DNA of 64,000 bases, taken from positions 1 to 64,000 of the forward strand of contig CDROCS010000666.1 in the NCBI GenBank assembly GCA_977020255.1. Reading direction: 5' to 3'. The notes under the pieces are model-generated. The model saw only the letters and a list, made by a program, of their open reading frames with translations. It was not told the origin of the DNA and ran no database searches. Of this stretch, positions 8,245 through 16,378 are shown piece after piece; position 1 is the first letter of the stretch, and every line of letters begins with the position of its first letter. Position numbers and translations under genes: made by a program. Origin of the DNA: Obrimoposthia wandeli. Its lineage: Eukaryota.

Positions 8245-8336
8245 AGCTAACGCCTTAATAAGCGGATAAAAATGGTTGGTTAAAATCGCGAAGCGATGAC
8301 CAACTGTTTTTATTCCGTTTAATTTACTTGTTAGGT
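8245..8336 (-). repeat. attC 14, foreign type (92 bp, same family as attC 8)
   Basis: agctaac...gttaggt; taaaatcgcgaagcgatg loop. Confidence 0.9.
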
Positions 8337-8648
8337 TTAAGCCCACAACAGCGGGCGTAAACCTATTAATTTTTGTTAATTCTAGTAACCCGCTGACTGA
8401 CGAATTTGCTATAAAAACTGAACAAATCAGTTATTGAGTAACTAGCTAATACTTTGAATTTTAAAGTTAAACGCTGAACTAAGCTACAACATAAAATTGA
8501 TTTAGACATAACTTGTGAATCAATGCAGAAATTGGATTATAAAACTCAGTTAACCATTTCATAAAATAGCGTTTCACGCTAATGCGATGGAAAAATCACT
8601 GTTCAATTAAACGAAAAACCACCATTAAAATTGCAGATTCTCAAGTAA
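8337..8648 (-). mobile_element. Gene-less cassette B (312-bp AT-rich body, unrelated to family A)
   Basis: Bounded by matching gttaggt/acctaac; only ORFs under 50 codons without a clear RBS. Confidence 0.75.
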
Positions 8649-8753
8649 ACCTAACGTCTAACATAAGTTGCACCACGGCTAACTCACCAAGCGCACAAAA
8701 CTTCATACCAAAACTGCGGAGTAAAACGTGTCAACTTGATGTTCTTGTTATAA
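8649..8753 (-). repeat. attC 15, resident family
   Basis: acctaac...gttataa. Confidence 0.95.
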
Positions 8754-9203
8754 CCGATACAATTCAATTACTTAAAATTATAATACAGCGAAAGACCCTC
8801 AACAACAGCTCGCCTTTACTCTTTTGCGATTCACTCAACGGTACTCATGACGAGTTGCTTAATTATCACTTGAAGCGATTTAGTAAACGCTGAAATCAGA
8901 CAAGAACCAGATGATGATTTTTGTTGCGGAACGCGAATATTGAAGAATTACCCTGCACACTTGGCAATGAATTTAGAGCAAAAAAACTTGAACCGCAACG
9001 GCACAAAGCTGACACCATCAGTGAATAATTGCGGCCAAAAAACTTATTGAGCACGATGGGTAATTGGCAAGAAAGCCTTATATACACCAAGCCTAAAACC
9101 GCAATAACCGACAAATGAAACTCACTGCATTTCGACTGACAAGAGATTAAAAGAGCGACCACTTGCCGAAGACCAAACCATAAAGATAATGGCAAGATGA
9201 CGG
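8754..9203 (-). mobile_element. Gene-less cassette A5 (divergent; compensatory R-box changes)
   Basis: Ends gttataaccg/cggttataac. Confidence 0.9.
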
Positions 9204-9308
9204 TTATAACGTCTAACATAAGTTGCACCACGGCTAACTCACCAAGCACACTAAACTTCATACCAAAACTGCGCAGTAAAACGTGTCAACTTGATGTGCT
9301 TGTTACAA
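9204..9308 (-). repeat. attC 16, resident family
   Basis: ttataac...gttacaa. Confidence 0.95.
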
Positions 9309-9762
9309 CCTATATAACTCAATAACTTAGAACTAAAATACAGCACAACATTTTCAACAACAAATCGCCTTTTCTTTTTTGCGATTCACTCAACAGCACC
9401 CCATAATCACAGAGTGAATTATCACTTAAAGCGACTTAGTAAACGCTGAAGCCAAACACAATACAGATGAGAGCTTTTGTTGCGGCACGCGAATATTGAA
9501 AAACTACCCTGCCCACTTAGCAATGAATTTAGAGCCACAAAACTTGAACCGCAACGGGCGCGATAACCAACAACATCAGTGAAAAATTGCGGCTAAAGAA
9601 CTTATTAATCACGATAGAAACTTGGCAAGAAAGCCTTATATACACCAAGCCCTAAACCGCAATAACCGACAAACGAAACTCACTGCATTTCAACTGAAAA
9701 GAGATTAAAAGAGCGACCACTTGCCGAAGACCAAACCATAAGGATTAGGGCTAAGATGAAGG
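9309..9762 (-). mobile_element. Gene-less cassette A6
   Basis: Central part nearly identical to A9. Confidence 0.9.
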
Positions 9763-9867
9763 TTGTAACGTCTAACATAAGTTGCACCACGGCCAACCCA
9801 CCAAGCACACCGAACTTCATACCAAAACTGCGGAGTAAAACGTGTCAACTTGATGTTATTGTTACAA
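9763..9867 (-). repeat. attC 17, resident family
   Basis: ttgtaac...gttacaa. Confidence 0.95.
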
Positions 9868-10321
9868 CCGATATAATTCAATAACTTAAACCCATAATAC
9901 AGCGTATAACTTTCAACAACAGCTCGCATTTTCTCTTTTGCGATTCACTCAACACGACTCAATAATCACATCGTGGATTTTCACCTAAAGCGACTTAGTA
10001 AACGCTGAAGCCAAATGCAACACAGATGAGGACTTTTGTTGCGGCACGCGATGATTGAAGAATTACCCTGCCTATTTGGCAATGAATTTTGAGCCACAAA
10101 ATTTGAACCGCAACGGGCGTAATAACTCACACCATCAGTGAAAAATTGCGGCTAAAGAACTTATTGAGCACGGTGGGTAATTGGCAAGAAAGCCTTATAT
10201 ACACCAAGCCTTAAACCGCAATAACCGACAAACGAAACTCACTGCATTTCGACTGAAAAGATATTAAAAAAGTGACCACTTGCCGAAGAACAAACCATAA
10301 AGATTAGGGCTAAGATGAAGG
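9868..10321 (-). mobile_element. Gene-less cassette A7
   Basis: Homologous to family A. Confidence 0.9.
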
Positions 10322-10426
10322 TTGTAACGTCTAACATAAGTTGCACCACGGCTAACTTACCAAGCGCACTGAACTCCATACCAAAACTGCGGAGTAAAAC
10401 GTGTCAACTTGATGTGCTTGTTACAA
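10322..10426 (-). repeat. attC 18, resident family
   Basis: ttgtaac...gttacaa. Confidence 0.95.
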
Positions 10427-10880
10427 CCTATATAACTCAATAACTTAAAACCAAAATACAGCGCAAAACTTTCAACAACTCGCATTTTCTCTTTTGCGAT
10501 TCACTCAACACGACGCAATAATCACATCGTGGATTTTCACCTAAAGCGACTTAGTAAACGCTGAAGCTAAACATATTTCAGATGAGAACTTTTATTGCGG
10601 CACGCGAAGATTGAAGAATTACCCTGTCTATTTGGCAATTAATTTAGAACCACAAGATTCAAACCTGGCGGGCATGCCAGCAGCAACACCATCAATGAAC
10701 CAGTAGGCTAAAGGAAACGTAAGTGACGCGATAGATGCTTGGCAAGAAAGTATTGTTTCCGCTAAGCCTTGAACCGCAATAACCGATAAACAAAGCTCAC
10801 TGCATTTCGACTGACAATATATTAAAGAAGCGACCACTTGCCGAAGAACAAAACCATAATGATTTGGGTTAAGATGAAGG
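10427..10880 (-). mobile_element. Gene-less cassette A8 (carries a strongly diverged ~90-bp central patch)
   Basis: 10650-10740 differs from all other copies; total length unchanged. Confidence 0.9.
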
Positions 10881-10986
10881 TTGTAACGTCTAACATAAGT
10901 TGCACCACGGCTAACTCACCAAGCACACTAAACTTCATACCAAAACTGCGCAGTAGGCAATGTCCAGCTTGATGTGCTTGTTACAA
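10881..10986 (-). repeat. attC 19, resident family variant
   Basis: ttgtaac...gttacaa; cagtaggcaatgtccagcttg variant stem. Confidence 0.9.
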
Positions 10987-11440
10987 CCGATATAACTCAA
11001 TAACTTAGAGCTAAAATACAGCGCATAGCTATCAACAACAACTCGCCTTTTCTCTTTTGCGATTCACTCAACAGCACCCCATAATCACAGGGTGAATTAT
11101 CACTTAAAGCGACTTAGTAAACGCTGAAGCCAAACACAATACAGATGAGAGCTTTTGTTGCGGCACGCGAATATTGAAAAACTACCCTGCCCACTTAGCA
11201 ATGAATTTAGAGCCACAAAACTTGAACCGCAACGGGCGCGATAACCAACAACATCAGTGAAAAATTGCGGCTAAAGAACTTATTAATCACGATAGAAACT
11301 TGGCAAGAAAGCCTTATATACACCAAGCCCTAAACCGCAATAACCGACAAACGAAACTCACCGCACTTCAACTGAAAAGAGATTAAAAGAGCGACCACTT
11401 GCCGAAGAACAAACCATAAAGATTGGGGCTAAGATGAAGG
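10987..11440 (-). mobile_element. Gene-less cassette A9
   Basis: Shares its middle ~250 bp with A6. Confidence 0.9.
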
Positions 11441-11546
11441 TTGTAACGTCTAACATAAGTTGCACCACGGCTAACTCACCAAGCGCACTGAACTCCAGAC
11501 CAAAACTGCGGAGTAAAACGTGTCAACTTGATGTGCCCATTTACAA
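11441..11546 (-). repeat. attC 20, resident family with degenerate R'' (gtgcccatttaca)
   Basis: Invariant AAC of R'' lost. Confidence 0.8.
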
Positions 11547-11981
11547 CCAGTCTCAACTCTTAACTTTGAAGAACTAAATACAAACTTTCAGCAACAAATC
11601 ACCCTTTCTCTTTGCGATTCGCGCAACGCGACTCATCGCTTACATCGTGAATTTTCACCTAAAAGCGACAGCAAACACTGAAGCTAAACACAATACAGAT
11701 GAAATTTTTGTTTGCGGCACGCGAATATTGAAGAGTACTCGCAGCAATGAATTTAGACCCACAATATTTGAACACAACGGGCGTAATAACTGACACCATC
11801 AGTGAAAAAGTACGCTAAGGAATTTATTGGACACGATAGAAGCTTGGCAAAATGACCCAGCCGTCAAGCCTTGAACATAACAACCGACAAGCGAAACTCA
11901 CTTGCAATTCGACTGACAAGAGATTAAAGAGCAACACTTTTACCGAAGACAAAACCATAAAGATTAAGGCTAAGATGGAGG
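11547..11981 (-). mobile_element. Gene-less cassette A10 (A1-like, many small indels)
   Basis: Shares diagnostic gcgcaacgcgactc, gaatttagaccc and gattaaggctaagatggagg with A1. Confidence 0.85.
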
Positions 11982-12086
11982 TTGTAACGTCTAACATAAG
12001 TTGCACCACGACCAACTCACCAAGCGCACTGAACTCCATACCAAAACTGCGGAGTAAAACGTGTCAACTTGATGTTTTTGTTATAT
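11982..12086 (-). repeat. attC 21, resident family
   Basis: ttgtaac...gttatat. Confidence 0.95.
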
Positions 12087-12560
12087 TTTTATTGCAATAA
12101 AACTTGGGACATCAATTTTATCCTTGCCCTTGCTGAAATGATCATCAAATGCATAGGCTATTTTTTCCAATGGTGCCTCGTCATAACCTAAACTTTGAAC
12201 TTCATTAATATACCTTTGCAGAAAGGAAACAGCCCCAAGATGCTGCCATTGGGCAACATGAACAAGTTCATGAAATGTGAACCAATGAAATTTTCAGCTA
12301 AACTTACACGGAAGAATATAGTAAGTATTTTTATATGTAATTCCTTGAACGTCCATATCAAGAAAGCCACCTAAACCGACATCACGCAATTCAGGAAAAT
12401 CAGGTTTAGGGATTGTATCTACTACGACAAAATACGCATTATTTAGAAACTTAACTGAGTAAAAACCTTGGAAGCTTTCAGCAAATTGAGCACAGCTTTG
12501 ACGTTTGTGTGCAAATTTATCATTTGTTACATCAATCCATTCTTCAATTTTATTTAACAT
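12081..12560 (-). pseudogene. Frameshifted copy of the HExxH/DUF4157-like cassette gene
   Basis: Nearly identical to 13228-13701 with indels around 12270-12310; may be a sequencing artefact. Confidence 0.8.
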
Positions 12561-12575
12561 ACTTAAACTCCCAAA

Positions 12576-12681
12576 ATATAACGTCTAACATAAGTTGCAC
12601 CACGGCTAACTCACCAAGCGCACCGAACTTCATACCAAAACTGCGGAGTAAAACGTGTCAACTTGATGTGCCCATTTACAG
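12576..12681 (-). repeat. attC 22, resident family with degenerate R'' (gtgcccatttaca)
   Basis: Same lesion as attC 20. Confidence 0.8.
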
Positions 12682-13128
12682 CGATATAACTCAATAGCAG
12701 AACTAAAAATACATAACTTCCAACAACAACTCGCCTTTTCTCTTTTGCGATTCACTCAACGCTACCAGATAATCACAAAATCGATTACCACTTAAAGCGA
12801 CTTAGTAAACACTGAAGCCAAACACAATACAGATGAGAACTTTTGTTGCGGCACGCGAATATTGAAGTATGACCCTGCCTATTTGGCAATGAATTTAGAG
12901 CCACAATATTTGAACCGCAACGGGCGTAATAACTCACACCATCAGTGAACAATTGCGGCTAAAGAACTTATTGAACACGGTGGGTAATTGGCAAGAAAGA
13001 CTTGTATATGCCAAGCCTAAAACCGCAATAACCGGCAAACGAAAATCACTGCATTTCAACTGACAAGATATTAAAGAAGCGACCACTTGCCGAAGACCAA
13101 ACCATAAAGATTAGGGTTAAGATGAAGG
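12682..13128 (-). mobile_element. Gene-less cassette A11
   Basis: Left part nearly identical to A12, right part different. Confidence 0.88.
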
Positions 13129-13233
13129 TTGTAACGTCTAACATAAGTTGCACCACGACCAACTCACCAAGCGCACTGAACTCCATACCAAAACTGCGGA
13201 GTAAAACGTGTCAACTTGATGTTTTTGTTATAT
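13129..13233 (-). repeat. attC 23, resident family
   Basis: ttgtaac...gttatat. Confidence 0.95.
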
Positions 13234-13701
13234 TTTTATTGCGATAAAACTTGGAACATCAATTTTATCCTTACCCTTGCTGAAATGATCATCAAATGCA
13301 TAGGCTATTTTTTCCAATGGTGCCTCGTCATAACCCAAACTTTGAACTTCATTAATATACCTTTGCAGAAAGGAAACAGCCCCAAGATGCTGCCATTGGG
13401 CAACATGAACAAGTTCATGGAAATGTAGTCGTAAATTTTCAGCTAAACACGGAAGAATATAGTAAGTATTTTTATATGTAATTCCTTGAACGTCCATATC
13501 AAGAAAGCCACCTAAACCGACATCACGCAACTCAGGAAAATCAGGTTTAGGGATTGTATCTACTACGACAAAATACGCATTATTTAGAAACTCAACTGAG
13601 TAAAAACCTTGGAAGCTTTCAGCAAATTGAGCACAGCTTTGACGTTTGTGTGCAAATTTATCATTTGTTGCATCAATCCATTCTTCAATTTTATTTAACA
13701 T
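13228..13701 (-). CDS. Zincin-like HExxH protein, DUF4157/eCIS-core-like (cassette)
   Basis: GITY..TYYI, HFHELVHVAQW, PLE..AY. Confidence 0.75.
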   Translation of the reverse strand: MLNKIEEWIDATNDKFAHKRQSCAQFAESFQGFYSVEFLNNAYFVVVDTIPKPDFPELRDVGLGGFLDMDVQGITYKNTYYILPCLAENLRLHFHELVHVAQWQHLGAVSFLQRYINEVQSLGYDEAPLEKIAYAFDDHFSKGKDKIDVPSFIAIKI

Positions 13702-13717
13702 ACTTTAACACCCAAAA

Positions 13718-13822
13718 ATATAACGTCTAACATAAGTTGCACCACGACTAACTTACCAAGCGCACTGAACTCCATACCAAAACCGCGGAGTAAAACGTGT
13801 CAACTTGATGTGCTTGTTACAA
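13718..13822 (-). repeat. attC 24, resident family
   Basis: atataac...gttacaa. Confidence 0.95.
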
Positions 13823-14274
13823 CCGATATAACTCAATAACTTAGAACTAAAATACAGCGTATAACTTCCAACAACAACTCGCCTTTTCTCTTTTGCGATT
13901 CACTCAACGCTACCAGATAATCACAAAATCGATTACCACTTAAAGCGACTTAGTAAACGCAGAAGCCAAACACTATACAGATGAGAACTTTTGTTGCGGC
14001 ACGCGAAAATTGAAGTATTACCCTGCACACTTGGCAATGAATTTTGAGCCACAAAACTTGAACCGCAACGGGCGTAAACTCACACCATCAGTGAAAAATT
14101 GCGGCTAAAGAACTTATTAATCACGATAGAAGCTTGGTATGAAATATGGTTTCCGCCAAGCCTTGAACCGCAATAACCGTTAAACGAAACTCACTGCATT
14201 TCTACTGACAAGAAATTAAAAGAGCGACCACTTGCCGAAGAACAAACCATAAAGATTATGGGCTAAGATGAAGG
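13823..14274 (-). mobile_element. Gene-less cassette A12 (closest family A copy to attI)
   Basis: Homologous to family A. Confidence 0.9.
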
Positions 14275-14379
14275 TTGTAACGTCTAACATAAGTTGCGCC
14301 ACGGCTAACTCACCAATCACACTAAACTCCATACCAAAACTGCGGAGTAAAACGTGTCAACTTGATGTTTTTGTTATAT
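14275..14379 (-). repeat. attC 25, resident family
   Basis: ttgtaac...gttatat. Confidence 0.95.
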
Positions 14380-14959
14380 ATTTGCTCATTGCGACCAAAT
14401 CTGATTTCTCATATTTGTTCGAGCCGGGCAAACTTTTTTTGTAACTCCAACATTTTATTGCATCTTCTCTTTTGTTCCGTGGATTGTTACTAAAGAAGTC
14501 TCGCGTATACTGGTTATATTCAAATTGAGAATCAATTTCCTTCTTTCTTCCTGACTTTGCCTCTGATTCAATTTTTAGCCACTCATCAGCAGCCTCTTGA
14601 AACGTTTTACTAGGATTCTCTTTCATCCATTTCATGAATACGACGTTAAATTTGAACCGTTCGCCGATAACGGATTTAAAGAATTTTCGACTAGCTTCGC
14701 TATTTTTGTATTGATCGGTTATCTTTTCTTCCAGCGAAATAGTGGGAGCCCCTTCTCTAATCTTTTTGTTATGCTCGTGACGTTGATAGGGAAGCTTTTC
14801 GCCTGTTCTAATAAAATGCTCAATACGAGACTCCACTTCCTTTTTGGCGCCCTGAATAGTAATCTCATTGGTTCGGCAATAAGATACCAATTCTGCTTTT
14901 AGCCAATAGAATTCTCTAAACTCTTGCACAGAAATGTTTTTGTCTAAATCAGGTCTCAC
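14357..14959 (-). CDS. SAP-like/DUF6434 domain protein (cassette); ORF reads into attC
   Basis: F..FYWLKAEL..YCR and QFEYNQY.RDFF motifs; GTG start with AAGGGA RBS. Confidence 0.75.
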   Translation of the reverse strand: MRPDLDKNISVQEFREFYWLKAELVSYCRTNEITIQGAKKEVESRIEHFIRTGEKLPYQRHEHNKKIREGAPTISLEEKITDQYKNSEASRKFFKSVIGERFKFNVVFMKWMKENPSKTFQEAADEWLKIESEAKSGRKKEIDSQFEYNQYTRDFFSNNPRNKREDAIKCWSYKKSLPGSNKYEKSDLVAMSKYITKTSS

Positions 14960-14975
14960 AACTTTCCCTTAAAAT

Positions 14976-15080
14976 GTATAACGTCTAACATAAGTTGCAC
15001 CACGACCAACTCACCAAGCGCACTGAATTCCATACCAAAACTGCGGAGTAAAACGTGTCAACTTGATGTTTTTGTTATAT
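14976..15080 (-). repeat. attC 26, resident family
   Basis: gtataac...gttatat. Confidence 0.95.
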
Positions 15081-15081
15081 T

Positions 15082-15621
15082 TTAGTCATCAAATTCTTTC
15101 CTAATATCACACCATGCTTTTTCTAAAAGATTGCTAGATTGCTCTTGAAATGCTCCTAAATATGCACTTAATTCCGAGATATCAATATCGCACTTACTCA
15201 CAGATGAATAGACGTCATCAATTAAAGAGTTTAGCACTAAAGTATAAGTTTTCTCAGGATCTAGCATTAGTCTAATTTTCGATCTATATCTGAATAAACA
15301 TTGGTATTGTTCATATATATCACCACTTGAAATATATTGCTTATCTGAAGAAATTCTGAGCTTAATGATATAGCATGTTGCAATAAATTCAGCGATATTA
15401 GATCTTAATTCATTAATCCAAACTTGCCTCAATTCAGCTTTCTTAGCTTTATTTTGGGCTTTCTGACTATTTTTTGATATTTTCGCTACAGCAATTGAAG
15501 TAAAAATACTGCCAATACCAATTAACCCTGTAACAATAATTGTCGGCCAATCAGGTGTTAATGATATTGTAAATCCGTCAGTTCCATTCTTGATGAGGAA
15601 TTCACCAATTTCATTATTCAC
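15082..15621 (-). CDS. Cassette hypothetical protein with one N-terminal TM and a helical C-terminal domain (179 aa)
   Basis: GGAG RBS and GTG start; fills the cassette. Confidence 0.85.
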   Translation of the reverse strand: MNNEIGEFLIKNGTDGFTISLTPDWPTIIVTGLIGIGSIFTSIAVAKISKNSQKAQNKAKKAELRQVWINELRSNIAEFIATCYIIKLRISSDKQYISSGDIYEQYQCLFRYRSKIRLMLDPEKTYTLVLNSLIDDVYSSVSKCDIDISELSAYLGAFQEQSSNLLEKAWCDIRKEFDD

Positions 15622-15637
15622 GATTTACTCCATAAAA

Positions 15638-15742
15638 ATATAACGTCTAACATAAGTTGCACCACGGCTAACTCACCAAGTACACCGAACTTCAGACCAA
15701 AACTGCGGAGTAAAACGTGTCAACTTGATGTTATTGTTAAAT
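15638..15742 (-). repeat. attC 27, resident family
   Basis: atataac...gttaaat. Confidence 0.95.
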
Positions 15743-16057
15743 TCACAGCGGTTCGCAGTGCCGACAAATTGTGTCATAGAAATGAATAATTTTTTCAATA
15801 ATACGAGAACAGCCTATTTCATCAAGACTATTAACAGTAGCTTGCACAGTCCCTTCGTCACCACTCGGCTGTACTGAAGTTATTTCATCCATAAATTCCT
15901 CAAATTCAATTCGCATACTCTCAGGAAGATCGTTTTCAGGTGTTATGTGAACCAGACTAAATATTACGGCATTCACGATCCTTTCCGATTGAGAACCTTG
16001 TCCTGCTAATGAATGTACAGCTAAATGTAACTTTTCCCAGCCATAACTAAATTTCAT
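15743..16057 (-). CDS. First cassette: acidic hypothetical protein (104 aa)
   Basis: AAGGAG RBS; directly after the attI crossover. Confidence 0.88.
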   Translation of the reverse strand: MKFSYGWEKLHLAVHSLAGQGSQSERIVNAVIFSLVHITPENDLPESMRIEFEEFMDEITSVQPSGDEGTVQATVNSLDEIGCSRIIEKIIHFYDTICRHCEPL

Positions 16058-16073
16058 AAATACTCCTTAGTGA

Positions 16074-16110
16074 ATTTAACATTTTATTCAACGAACAAAG
16101 ATCGCGTGTA
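16074..16110 (-). mobile_element. attI: attI site (crossover G|TTAAAT at 16080)
   Basis: GTTAAAT matches the R'' of the first cassette, with no attC palindrome upstream; GTTGAAT second box nearby. Confidence 0.85.
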
Positions 16111-16357
16111 TCTTGCTCGTATATTCCTTTTTGAACTTTCTTACCTATCTACATCTAAACACAAACAACTTTCACATTTCATCCTATAAAGGGTAATAAA
16201 TATACGATCAAGTCTCGTGTATCACGATTTTCGTCACATCATTATGTAACTGATTTATCAAATATTTTACCATAATAAGATTTAACGCAAAAAACAGTGC
16301 ATTGCTAAAGGCGTGTATTCGAATAAGTGAAAAGTAACTTCTACTCTAACACCACTA

Positions 16358-16373
16358 CTGTATAAATAGACAG
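16358..16373. promoter_or_regulatory. LexA (SOS) box at the intI promoter
   Basis: CTGTATAAATAGACAG = CTGT-N8-ACAG, 5 nt before the ATG. Confidence 0.92.
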
Positions 16374-16378
16374 GCATT

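Larger units (their letters stand above)
1..16080 (-). mobile_element. Sedentary chromosomal integron cassette array (attI-proximal end; 27 attC-delimited cassettes, continues beyond the left edge)
   Basis: Regularly spaced RYYYAAC...GTTRRRY palindromic attC sites bracketing short minus-strand ORFs whose stops lie in R''; adjacent divergent integron integrase. Confidence 0.97.

Noticed and set aside
193-15742. CRISPR array interpretation of the repeats
   Set aside because: Repeats are 92-125-bp attC palindromes separated by 300-900-bp cassettes next to intI; no cas genes
16224-16240. CRP site and Pc promoter in the attI-intI spacer
   Set aside because: Only one good CRP half-site; no convincing -35/-10 pair could be assigned
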